A stretch of 64,000 bases of DNA. It comes from Squalus acanthias. Lineage: Eukaryota. Under the pieces are notes generated by a model. That model had not been told where the DNA came from. It did not search any database and saw only the letters and a program-made list of their open reading frames with translations. The DNA lies in contig CM059432.1 in NCBI GenBank assembly GCA_030390025.1, positions 77,378,001-77,442,000 of the forward strand, in the 5' to 3' direction. Positions within the stretch are counted from its first letter, which is position 1. Every line of letters begins with the position of its first letter. This document shows, one piece after another, positions 1-11,858 of the stretch. The position numbers and the translations under genes were made by a program.

Positions 1-741
1 TGCGTGGCCACCAGGTCCAGCAGGGAGCAGATCTTCTTCTAGGAGGCTGCTAATATCTGTCACAACCTCAGCCTCCAGAGGCGCTGCTATTCCGAGAGGT
101 TAAGGAAGCTGAGCTTCTGCCTGTACACCCTGTTGTGCAGGAAGTACCTCCTGCGTGTGTGTCCCCTCTGCTGCTCCCCTCTCTGCTCCACCACCTGCAG
201 GTCTCTCCATAGCAGACTGTTGCTGCTGCTGATGGTCAGCTTGCTCCTTGTCCAAGGTCCAATCTAAGGTAGCCAAGGCGCCACCCATCCTGATCTGAGT
301 CTCAATACCTCCAAAGTGCAGAAATTAACTTCTCACCACAAGTACTCTCAACAAACCTGTTCCCAATGATAGATAAGAAAGCAGCTGTGAATACTAAGTA
401 TTTATTGCTGTATTTGTCTGACTTTTAATGAGCCCATGAATTGGCGTTCTATTCTCACCTTGGTTTCAATGGCAAGTTTCAGGAAGCCCGGGAAACCCAT
501 GGATGAGTCATTAAATTTGAATGGAGGTTGAAATATCGCAACAATGGAACAATTAGCATATTTAAATTGCTAGCCAGCCTCTCCAGAGGGGGGTAACATG
601 CAACCTGCTGAACGCAACCAAGTTAAATCTGGAAGTCGGCGGGTTGGAGCGGGCTTCCGGATGTGAACACATTTTCAGCCATATTAACCCCCCCCCCCCT
701 CGCACCTAAACCCATGGCTGCTTCAAGTTAAAATTCCCCCC
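1..741 (-). mobile_element. PIF/Harbinger transposon end carrying the 5' part of a HARBI1-like transposase pseudogene (288 to <1); runs off the window
   Basis: Minus strand reads MGGALA... then, after frameshift, EVVTDISSLLEEDLLPAGPGGHA, matching the transposase N-terminal region of the other copies; terminus GGGGGGAATTTTAAC at 741. Confidence 0.7.
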
Positions 742-769
742 ATTGAGTCCAGTAAAAGGGGCGCTGATC

Positions 770-1055
770 AAGCGAAACTGCTCTGTCCTGGATCGTGTCG
801 AACTTCTTGAATGTTGCTGGAACTGCACCCATCCAGGCAAGTGGCTAATATTCCATCACACTCCTCACTTTTACCTTATAGGTGGTAGAGAGGCTTTGAG
901 GGGTCAGGAAGTAAGCCACTAATCATAGCTTCTGTCCTATTCTCGAAGCCAAGGTGTTTATATGGCTGGTCCAGTTCAGTTTCTGGTCAATGGCCATTCC
1001 CAAGATATCAATGATCAGGGATTCAGTGATGCTGGTGCCATTGAAGATCAGGTGA
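770..1055 (-). mobile_element. Degenerate LINE RT fragment, same family as 7568-10052
   Basis: Similar to ~8010-8290 (CATCCAGGCAAGTGG...TATTCCATCACACTCC). Confidence 0.75.
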
Positions 1056-1809
1056 GATGTTTTGTGACATGAAAAACATACTGGGGAATTATTGAAGATC
1101 TAGATATAACTATTGTGAAAATCATCAGAGGATTGGTTCTCTATCTGTTCCAAGAATCTTACAGTAATGAGAGAGTTGGCTACAAAGAAAGACTGAGGTG
1201 TAAAAAACTGGCAAAATACAAAGAGGCTGAAATTCCTTGACAGAACATCCTGGAAAGCAGCAGACACCTAGTTGTGCTAGCTCTCCGCCATTTTTTGGAG
1301 CTTACACATTGCCTTGTAACAGACAGAATTTCTGCCTAGCCCCTTACAAGGCAAATGTATTGGAGGTGGAGCAAGGGGCAGAGACTCCCTACACTAGGAG
1401 TCCCAACTCCATGGGCTCAATCGAGGCTTGGCATATCTCTGGAAGTTGGTACACTAAATGAGTTAAAGCATTCTAGCATCCAGATAGGCATAGGTTCACC
1501 CCACTGGCTGGGCCCATCTTGGGGAAGCGACATGGCCGTCTAAAGAAATGGCATTATTTGAAAAAAACAGATTGGCCTCTGTGTAAGGAAGACATGGCTA
1601 GGGTTGTGGGGGGCTTAAGCAACTCCTTCATGGTGGGCGAGCGCCAGAGTTTCCACCTGAGGCAGGTGGGTGCCAGAGATGCATCCGTAGAAGCGCTTCA
1701 GCTCACCTGCCCCATGCTAATTAGGTGCCCTCATAATAATCTCATGAGGCGGTCTTTCCAGAATCTCAATGAGAAATTACTTAAGAGATAGGGATATTAA
1801 TGAAACAAG

Positions 1810-2576
1810 GGCCCGGAATTCGCGGTCAACAACGAAGCAAAGGTGTTCGCAGCTGGCCCCAAAGTATGCTTCACACAAGGATCTCACGATCCCTGTGTCG
1901 AGGACTTCGGGTTTTCCGACCTTCAATTCAAATCAATGGAAGTTAATGTGAATTCCCTTGTGCAAACTGCTGTGATGTCAACAGGCTGTTTAAGCAGCCG
2001 ATCAAAGCATAGAATTCTCACAGACAGCGAACAAGGAAGTGAGTATGCTCTTAAAATTCTAACTATTTTTAAATGTTAGAGAGAGCAAAACAAAGACTGG
2101 GGCTCTCACATGGGGGAAAGGCAAACCTGAAATAAAGATGGACAAACTTAAAAGTTTCTTAAAAATTTTAATTTTTATTAAAATGGACAAATTTCATACT
2201 GCACAAAATGAAAGTCAGTGTTCCAGGCCCTTAACATTTGTTTAGCAGGAATAACACTGTCAAAACCGTGGTTACACCTAATCCCTTTGGGTCTAACTTT
2301 TAAAGGGGCATTTAACAACGTACTTACTGCGGAAGAGCCGAAGTTTTCGTCAGTTTCCCTGATGTGGCTGATTACACAGATTGTCGGCTCTGTGCGGGGG
2401 GGGGGCGGGGGGCGCACAGCGCAGCCTGTTTTGGGGCTGTCAATGATTGACCGCAACTTCAGGATTTCCGCATGCTCCTGTGCATGCACCAAACCCCGAA
2501 GTTGTGGTCAGTTTCAAGGGTGGAATGACGGTGAACGCTACCAGTTCGCCATCATCCCAACCGCAAATTCCGGGCC
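1810..2576. mobile_element. Harbinger-type MITE (~767 bp)
   Basis: TIRs GGCCCGGAATTCGCGGT (1810) and ACCGCAAATTCCGGGCC (ends 2576), 16/17 match; no clean TSD. Confidence 0.7.
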
Positions 2577-4647
2577 ATAGTATCTGTTACCTCCATTCTG
2601 CACCAGACCACTACTGGTTGCACAATGTAGCATATGCCCCCTGCAGTTGCTTCAAAGGACCCAGTAACAAGCTCAAGACTGTGGTCCCTTGACAGCTACT
2701 AGTAGAGCTCAACCCTATTGTGTAACTTATCTGAAGGAGATGGAATATTTCCATGACTGTTTCACTAGTGAAGAAGGGCAGGCAACGAAGGCAGATCCTC
2801 CCCAGACGTACCTAGGTAGGTGGTCTGTTGACATAGGTGGTTGGTGCAGTAAAAATGCTCTAAAATGTGCCTGAAACATGTCCAGCAGTGGGCCAGATTT
2901 GGTGGGGGGGTGGTGGGGGGGCGGCGGCAGCAGGGGTTCAGGAGGAGTATTCCTGATTCGCCTGGGCCCACTAAAATAAAAGCTGAAAATTTCTTTGGCT
3001 GTTTTTTGAGCGGCCTTCAGCGGTCCCTTTAAGAGTCCCTGGTTCGGCTGATCAATAACAGGTACAAATGGGCAGAGTGTGCACGGAGCAAGCTCTGCCA
3101 TTTGTACCTGAATTTCACATGCGGGGTCCTACAGCCAGCGTAGGAGTCCATATTTAAGGACTCTAATGCCTGTATCAGGCGGGCACCCTGAGGTACTAAA
3201 AGTTGATTGAGCCACTATGGCATCTGGTGCTATTCTAGTCTAGTTCGGGCGCAGAATGTTCACGGCGCAAAATTCAGAGGTTTTATGTCGATTTATGGCA
3301 GCCATGAATTGAATTGCTCCCCTTCGAATTCTTGCAAGTGTGACTCAGGGTGGGTAATGTTTACATTCAGCCAGTTTGTTTGAGAAGCAAAGGTCTAAAA
3401 GATAGTATTTTATAGCAGGGAAGCATGGAAACAGAGCACGTCGAGAGGTCAGAGGAAAAATGGATCAAAGGTTTTGAGTAAAAGAGAGAGGGAAAGAGAG
3501 AGAGGTTACAGAATTTACTGACTATAGAAGCTAAATACAGGCAGATGTTTAAGCATGTCACTTGGATGTACGAGAAGTTTCTCTGAGAATAAGGGAAGTG
3601 AGAGTTAACAAACCCTAGTCAAATATAGCTACGCATGTGTAAGGTGGGTCTACTCAGGAAACAGACAATCTAAGAGGGAACAGATACAACATCCAAGACA
3701 TCAGATGAGGAAGTGGACTACCCGCGCCAGTTGCTATAATTACAATCATTCGTGCATGCAGCCAGCGCTACCTGCACTATTCATTGGTTGCATGCCTATC
3801 GGCGGGGGTGGCGGGGGGTGGAGGGAAGAGAATTATTTCAGGAGCCCAGGATGCTACTTGAAGGCAACCAGCACCTTTTAAATGGGTGGTGCCCTCTGGC
3901 TGTAGAGACTGTAGAACAACTTGAGGAAGATATGGATGAAGGAAGCAGCAAGGTTCTCCAATGCTGCACTAGAGGCCTTGGTGCAGACAGTGGGGAGAAG
4001 GAGGGACATCCTTTTCTCCCCAGGGGGCAGATAACCCTTCAGGCATCTACTCAGGAGGCAGTGGGAAGAGATTGCTGAGTATGTCAAGGCTAGGAGAATT
4101 GGACCAACAGCACGGCTGTAATTCAGGAAGAAATTCAATGATTTAACTAGAGTTGTTCAGGTAAGAAGACTGCTGAAACATTAATCACAACTGCACCATG
4201 CCCAGCCTCATTACATACAACACTGACAGCATTGACAACACTGCCCTTCCCACTACCTGCACTGCCCTACAATCACTACACCACACTTCACTTAGTCTCC
4301 TTCTCTTCATACTCACAAACTCACCACTATTACAACCCTTCTTACCCACAATTCACATCTCAAACACAGGCTATCAGCTATTCTACCATGACAACCACAT
4401 TCTCCGAACACCTCACAAGACTCTCACTAACACACTACCCTCCTTCTTGCAAAAGAAGGTTGCACTCAATACAAGGCAACAGGCTGCCGTTGGAGGAAGA
4501 AGAACCCGTCTGCACACCCTCTCCCCACTTGAAGTGATCGTGCTGGCCATTATGGGAAGGGCCACAGCAGAGGCCATTGGCCACTGGCCATGCTGGAGGA
4601 GACGCCACGCAGGATTTCTTTATACATAATCCGCTTTGTCTCTTCTG

Positions 4648-5095
4648 TGTCAGCTGTGGCTCAGTTGGTAGCACCCTCGCCTCTGAGTCAGAAGGTCGTG
4701 GCTTCAAAGACCCGCTCCAGAGACTTGAGCACAAAAATCTAGACTGACACTCCAGTGCAGTGCTGCACTGTCGGAGGTGCTGTCTTTCAGATGAGATGTT
4801 AAACCAAGGCTCCGTCTGCTCTCTCAGGTGGACATAAAAGATCGAAGAAGAGCAGGAGAGTTATCCCCGGTGTCCTGACCAATATTTATCCCTCAATCAA
4901 CTTCATTAAAACAGATTATCTGGTCATTATCACATTGCTGTTTGTGGGAGCTTGCTGTGCGCAAATTGGCTGTCGTGTTTCCTACATTACAACAGTGACT
5001 ACACTTCAAAAAAAAGTATTGGCTGTAAAGCGCTTTGGGACATCCGGTGGTCGTAAAAGGCGCTAAATAAATGCAAGTCACTTTTTTTTCTTTCT
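4648..5095 (+). mobile_element. tRNA-derived Deu-domain SINE (SacSINE1-like) with L2-like tail
   Basis: A-box TGGCTCAGTTGG, degenerate B-box, Deu-like core GGAGGTGCTGTCTTTCAGATGAGATGTTAAACC, tail GCGCTAAATAAATGCAAGTC plus (CTTT)n. Confidence 0.85.
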
Positions 5096-5603
5096 TTCTT
5101 CTCCCTCACCCACGCACGCTGCATGACAAGCTGCAGATGCTTTCAACATCTACTTCTTTTTCTTTGCTGTCCCTCACACCACAAGTCAACCCTTGTCCCT
5201 CCCTCTCTTTCATTTCAGCTACTGAGAATGTTGCTACCCCTCAGCTAGTAGAGGAAGAGGAGCGCAGTAGTCCTGAAGATCCACTGCCACTTGATCTGAC
5301 TCACGCAGATCAAGATATTGACATCATGTGGATATTAGAGGCTAGGTTAGAGGAAGGATCTGCACGTGGTGACTCACCAGGCACAAGTGGACAGGAGCTA
5401 GGGCAGGGTGCCACAGATCTAGGATAGGATGCCACAGGTGCCAGCTCGCCAGAGAGCGTGGTAACATACTAGTTCTGATGAAGAGGACTCGGATGCTGAC
5501 TTTGAGGACCCAGGCTACCAATAAGGCTCATGAATATACACTGGGAAATGCTAGGTGTACTGGGCAGCCAGCCAGACAGCTTGCACACAATGTCTCGAGG
5601 CTT

Positions 5604-5740
5604 TTTAAAATTTGTTTATGGGATCAGGGCATCGCTGGCAATGCCAGCATTTATTGCCCATCCCTAATTGCCCTTGAGAAGGTGGTAGTGAGCCGCCTTC
5701 TTGAACCGCTGCAGTCCGTGTGGTGATGGTACTCCCACAG
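5604..5740 (-). mobile_element. 3' tail fragment of the LINE family at 7568-10052
   Basis: Closely matches ~7568-7706 (TGCCCATCCCTAATTGCCCTTGAGAAGG...GAACCGCTGCAGTCCGTGTGGTGA). Confidence 0.85.
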
Positions 5741-7567
5741 CGCAGAGCATGGAGACCACTCTGTCCAAGGTGGATTGAGTGGTCAGCTCCATCAACACCA
5801 CAGTGGAACCCACCATGATGGAGCGTCTTATGACAACTCTGACAACTTCCATGGAACCGCAAATTTCAGGAAGCTCAAATGGCTGCCACCTTGGTTTTGG
5901 GGCCCACCAGTGAAAGGAGCTTCCACTTATATCACTCCTGCACTCTGTTCTCCAGCAGAACCCAAGGAGAGCTGAGGTGCCGCCCCAGGAGAATGGCCTT
6001 GGCTCCACGGGAGAGGCCACTGCTGTCCTCTCTTAGGATGACAGCATTCCCGTTCCCCCGCCAGACACTCCACCAGTGTTCTTGCTGGTGCCACTCAGCC
6101 AGCCAGTCCAGACTGCCCCGGCCCATGCCGAGATTACTTCAATCTGCATCTGAGCCCTTTAGGCCCAGAATTGGTCCTCCAAGGCCATCTGAAATGTCCT
6201 CAATGGAAGCTCAGCAGCCTTCAACCTCCTAAGCTGTAGCCACAAGGGAAGTACCTCCTAGGAGCACCTGGGTAGGAAAACAAGTACTCAAGGTCTTGGA
6301 GTACGGTCCCCTCAGATACAGGCGACTTTTAATATATCCAGTAGTATTCCATGGCACAGTTTCTGGACCCAGGATTTTGTACATTTGTTTTAATTTTAAT
6401 GTGTGCAGCTTTTGAAGGAGGTTAGTCTAATCATCAGCCTTTATGCAGATTTGGATACTGGAGCAGTTTTGCAATTTAATTTGAATAGAAACGGCAGAAT
6501 CTTACTTTGGAAAGTGAGGCTTCAGTTCTGGCTATTGTTTCAGGTCACTGCAAATCAGGCAGAATAGGTAGATAAATATTTGAGAAAAACTTCACTCTAA
6601 GGTAGGGGATGTACCATTCTCAGGAGCTCATACAATCAGAAGTGCACAGCAGGTCAGTTTAGGTGAGGCAGAGATGAAGGATCTCGCCCAAAGTGTGAAC
6701 CTAACTTCCTTTTTAAATGCTGACTGACCCACTGTGCATTTTCTGCATTTTTAAACTCTTACAAGAGCTTCACTCTTAAAAACTTTTAAAAAGGCAAATC
6801 ATTTTACACGCAAACACATTTTTAACTACTTCGTCCAATTGCTTTGTCTAAATATGTTTTTTCTTCTTCCCTAAGTTCCAGTGTTAAAAGGAGCTTTGTA
6901 TAAAGGGCTCTTGTTAAATTAGGAGTCCAGTGAGGAAAAATATCTGAAAACAAGCAGCTGAAATGAAGTGTGAGCAGATGGTTCTCACCAGGTCTTAGCA
7001 CAAGTTGAATTGAGGCATCAAAAGGGGATAACAGTAATAATTGCTTATAAAGGTGATCCTTCAGTACAGATTAGGGATCAGACTTTCAAAACACTTCTGA
7101 TCGTACAAATGCATTTTCTAACATTTCTTCTTACAATTGTAGTGCCATGGAAATCACAAAATGCATCACTTTGTGGCAAAAATATGGGCACATTGTATTC
7201 CCCAATCTCCAGGGACAGCTCAATGAAGTCCTCGAACATCTCCATTGCCAACAGTTATTTTAAAAAGTGTGCTTCATGCAAATTATGCAATTCCTTTAGG
7301 TCTGTGCTGTAGCAACTTGGCCACCAGACTATGTGACCACTTTATTTTTCTGGCATTCCTTTCCGCTGCTAGTACTCTACTTCCCTCTATGCTTCTGTGG
7401 CCTTCATGCAAAGAAATGGGATGAAATAAAGGAGTTAAAAAGTGGGCTGATTTTCCTCCTTATTTGCGGATTAAGGTCATTGCCTTCTGTCCAATTTACC
7501 CTAGGCACAGGCCCACCCATTTGCAGGGCCTTGCGCCTGGAAGCCGGCAGAAATCCAACTGCTGCTT

Positions 7568-10052
7568 TTTAAAAAATTCATTTCTGGGATGTGGGCGTCG
7601 CTGGCAAGACCAGCATTCAATGCCCATCCCTAATTGCCCTTGAGAAGGCGGTGGTGAGCCGCCTTCTTGAACCGCTGCAGTCCGTGTGGTGAAGGTACTC
7701 CCACAGTGCTGTTAGGGAGGGAGTTCCAGGATTTTGACCCAGCGACGATGAAAGATCGGCGATATACTTCTAAGTCAGGATGATGCGTGACTTGGAGGGG
7801 AACTTGGAGGTGGTGGTGTTCCTATGCGCCTGCTGCCCTGGTCATTCTAGGTGGAAGAGGTCGCGGGTTTAGGAGGTGCTGCCGAAGAAGCCTTGGCGAG
7901 TTGCTGCAGTGCATCTTGTAGATGGTACACACTGCAGCCACAGCGCGCCGGTGGTGGAGTGAGTGAATGTTTAAGGTGGTAGATGGGGTGCCAATCAAGT
8001 GGGCTGCTTTATCCTGGATGGTGTCAAGCTTCTTGAGTGTTGATGGAGCTGCACTCATCCAGGCAAGTGGAGAATATTCCATCACACTCCTTACTTGTGC
8101 CTTGTAGATGGTAGAAAGGCTTTGGGGAGTCAGGAGGTGAGACACTCGCCGCAGAATACCTAGCCTCTGACCTGCTCTTGTTGCCACAGTATTTATGTGG
8201 CTGGTCCAGTAAAGTTTCTGATCTATGGTAACCCCAGGATGTTGATGGTGGGGGATTCGGCGATGGTAATGCCATTGAATGTCAAGGGGCAGTGGTTAGA
8301 CTCTCGCTTGTTGGAGATAGTCATTACCTGGTACTTCTGTGGCGCGAATGTTACCTGCCACTTATCAGCCCAAGCCTGAACGTCGTCCAGGTCTTGTTGC
8401 ATGTGGGCATGGACTGCTTCATTATCTGAGGAGTTGTGAATGGCACTGAACACTGTGCAGTCATCAGTGAACCTACCCATTTCTGACCTTATGTTGGAGT
8501 GAAGGTCATTGATGAAGCAGCTGAAGATGGTTGGGCCTGGGACACTGCCCTGAGGAACTCCTGCAGTGATGTCTTGGGGCTGTGATGATTGACCTTCAAT
8601 CACCACAACCATCTTCCTTTGTGCTAGGTATGACTCCAGCCAGTGGAGAGTTTCCCCCCCGATTCCCATTGACTTCAGTTTTACTCGGGCTCCTTCATGC
8701 CACACTCGGTCAAATGCTGCCTTGATGTCAAGGGCAGTCACTCTCACTTCTCCTCTGGAATTCAGCTCCTTTGTCCATGTTTGGACCAAGGCTGTAATGA
8801 GGTCGGCAGCCGAGTTGTCTTGGCGAAACCCAAACTGGGCATTAGTAAGCAGGTTATTGGTGAGTAAGTGCTGCTTGATAGCACTGTCGATGACACCTTC
8901 CATCACTTTGCTGATGATTGAGAGTAGACCAATGGGGCGGTAATTGGCCGGGTTGGATTTGTCCTGCTTTTTGTGGACAGGACATACCTGGGCAGTTTTC
9001 CACATTGTCGGGTAGATGCCAGTGTTGTAGCTGTACTGGAACAGCTTGGCTAGAGGCGCGGCTAGTTCTGGAGCACAAGTCTTCAGCACGATAGCCGGGA
9101 TGTTGTCAGGGCCCATAGCCTTTGCTGTATCCAGTGCGCTCAGCCATTTTTGATATCATGTGGAGTGAATTGAATTGGCTGAAGACTGGCTTCTGTGATG
9201 GTGGGGACCTCGGGAGGAGGCCGATTTGGATCATCCACTCGGCACTTCTGGCTGAAGATGGCTGCAAACGCTTCAGCCTTGTCTTTTGCACTCACTTGCT
9301 GGGCTCCACCATCATTGAGGATGGGGATATTCATGGAGCCTCCTCCTCCCGTTAGTTGTTTAATGGTCCACCACCATTCACGACTGGATGTGGCAGGACT
9401 GCAGAGCTTTGATCTGATCCGTTGATTGTGGGATTGCTTAGCCCTGTCTATAGCATGCTGCTTCCGCTTTTTAGCATGCATGTAGTCCTGTGTTGCAGCT
9501 TCCCCAGGTTGGCACCTCATTTTTAGGTACACCTGATGCTGCTCCTGGTATGCTCTTCTACACTCCTTATTGAACCAGGGTTGGTCCCCTGGCTTGATGG
9601 TAATGGTAGAGTGAGGGATATGCCGGGCCATGAGGTTACAGATTGTGGTGGAATACAATTCTGCTGCTGCTGATGGCCCACAGTGCCTCATGGATGCCCA
9701 GTTTTGAGCTGCTAGATCTGTTCTGAATCTATCCCATTTAGCATGGTGGTAGTGCCACACAACACGATGGAGGGTGTTCAGTGTGAAGACGGGACTTCGT
9801 CTCCACAATGACTGTGCGGTGGTCACTGCTACCAATACTGTCATGGACAGATGCATCTGCGACAGGTAGATTGGTGAGGACGAGGTCAAGTAGGTTTTTC
9901 CCTCGTGTTGGTTCTCTCACCACCTGTCGCAGGCCCAGATGGGCAGCTATGTCCTTCAGGACTCGGCCAGCTCTGTCAGTAGCGGTGCTACCGAGCCACT
10001 CTTGGTGATGGACATTGAAGTCCCCCACCCAGAGTACATTCTGCGCCCTTCT
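7568..10052 (-). mobile_element. 5'-truncated non-LTR retrotransposon (CR1-group, clade unresolved): APE C-terminus plus RT, frameshifted
   Basis: VGDFNVHH and GSSDH (APE); GPDNIP, NYRPI, QFGFR, ALDIKAAFDRV, GVPQGSV, FTDD (RT) in ORFs 9738-10169, 9140-9889, 8223-9116, 7822-8187. Confidence 0.92.
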
Positions 10053-10060
10053 GCTGCTGC

Positions 10061-10616
10061 AGGGCTGAGAGGCTTTGGTGATTCCACACCTGGAGTACTG
10101 TGCACAGTTTTGGTCTCCTTCTCTAACGGATGATATACTTCCCTTGGAGGTGGTACAACGAAGGTTCACTGGATTGATTCCTGGGATGAAAGGGTTGTCC
10201 TATGATGAGAGATTGAGTAGAATGGGCCAATACTCTTTTGAGTTTAGAAGAATGAGAGGTGATAAGATAAGATTTTGATGGGGCTTGACAAGGTAGATGC
10301 TGAAAGGTTGTTTCACCTGGCTGGCGAGTCCAGAACTAGGGAGCATAGTCTCAGGATAAGGGGTAGGCCATTTAAGACTTCAGAGGGTTGTGAATCTTTG
10401 TAATTCCCTACCCCAGACGGCTGTGAATGCTGAGTCTTTGAGTATATTCAAGGCTAAGATTGATAGATTTTTGGACTCTAGGGGAATCAAGGGATATAGA
10501 GATCGGGCGGGAAAGTGGAGTTGAGGTCGAAGATCAGCCATGATCTTATTGAATGGTGGAGCAGGCTCGAGGGGCCGGATGGCCTACTCCTGCTCCTATT
10601 TCTTATGTTCTTATGT
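10061..10616 (+). mobile_element. CR1 LINE 3' fragment
   Basis: PHLEYCAQFWSP...RRMRGD; 3' UTR GATCAGCCATGATC...CCTACTCCTGCTCCT; tail (TTCTTATG)2. Confidence 0.92.
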
Positions 10617-11238
10617 TTGTATAATGGCCATTGACTGCGGGGCGTCTGATTGCTGTCCACAAACAGCAGCCAGAAGGTCACCGGCCCTGTACTTCTAATG
10701 AGGAGCTGGAAATAAAGGGCAATTACCTCTTCGGATCCTGCATGGTCTTGCTGCCAGTCCCTCTCAGTTCCTCTGATTTGAGGACTGCCTATGCGCAAGA
10801 CCTAAGGCACACTTCTTCTGGGTACCCTTCCTAATGGGTACCTGCCCTGTATTGAGTCAGTAAAAAAAGGTGGGAAGTGATGTTACATCCCTCCTGCATC
10901 ATTTGCTTAGTATTTCCCTTCTATAGGCACAAGCATTTCATTCTCCACCCCCCACCCGCCCCCCGTGGGGGAATCTAGGAAATCCCAGGGCAATTCAAAG
11001 GGCATTGAGCCCGACATTCATGGGTTTCCATCAGCTTTTCTTTTGCTTTGTTTCCAGGAAGCAATAGTTCCATTGGTGCAAATCAGAAAAATATTGGCCC
11101 CAAACTAGTTCTTTCAATTCATAACACTGTTGGAAGTGTAAATAAATAATGGAGCTTCACAGACTTAAAACATTCCCAGGTTGTGAACGCCACGCAATAT
11201 TAGTGAGCTTTTTTAATTAAAAAATGGGAAAATTCTTC

Positions 11239-11361
11239 GGGGGAAAATTGGGGTTGATTTGCGCCTCTCGTTAGTGCCCCCGGCGAAGGGGCGCTAACTT
11301 TCTCATTTTAGCGCCCCGGCGAAGTTAGCGCCCCAAAAAGGGCGCCACCCAATATTTCCCC
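11239..11361. mobile_element. 123-bp mini-MITE of Harbinger type
   Basis: GGGGGAAAATTGGGG ... CCCAATATTTCCCC ends; four TTAG(C/T)GCCCC motifs inside. Confidence 0.65.
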
Positions 11362-11858
11362 TTAGTGTCCTCTGTAATTAATGATCCACTAATGAAATCA
11401 CATTGCCAGCAATAGCAGGCTTGAAAGCCACAAGTTTGAATGAATTTGTTAGCAAGTCATTAATTGCAGAGAAAAACAAGCATTGTCTAATGTCTTGTTA
11501 AAAGGGGAAAAATTCGGTATCAACCATTTTGGGGTGCTAATATCGGCCGGACACAAGATTTAGCGCCCGGTGCAAATGATCACCGGCAACCGGGAAATTC
11601 GTCTCCAGTGCCCCTGGAGGTGATTGGAGCGTTAAATCAAGCGCTACACACTTCTCTTAGGGCGCTAAGGTCGGGGAACAGGACGCTACCTCAGAGCGCT
11701 ACTCAAGCTCAGGTGCTGTCAATTACCTTGTACTCAGACAGACTGGCGCCTTCCAGTTCTTAAAAGGGAGGTTCAATCATGCTGCACAGCCTCACCCTGA
11801 TCATTGCTGCGTTTGACCTGGGACTGCACGGAGGTGCAAATCTTCAACAACGATTATC

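Larger units (their letters stand above)
3930..6280 (+). pseudogene. Degenerate Harbinger Myb/SANT-like gene (3 exons), interrupted by a SINE and a LINE tail
   Basis: AARFSNAALEALVQTVGRRRDILF...RKKFNDLTRVVQ|GTAAG donor at 4161; exon 2 KKVALNTRQQ...; exon 3 similar to the other copies. Confidence 0.75.
7444..11100. mobile_element. Probable Harbinger-type MITE split by two LINE insertions
   Basis: Left GGGCTGATTTT at 7444, right AAAATATTGGCCC ending at 11100; residual non-LINE sequence 7444-7567 and 10617-11100. Confidence 0.4.

Noticed and set aside
2890..3275. Additional MITE
   Set aside because: The left end GGGCCAGATTT resembles a TIR but no convincing right TIR or TSD was found
4650..4725. 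tRNA gene
   Set aside because: It is the tRNA-derived head of a SINE and continues into Deu core and tail
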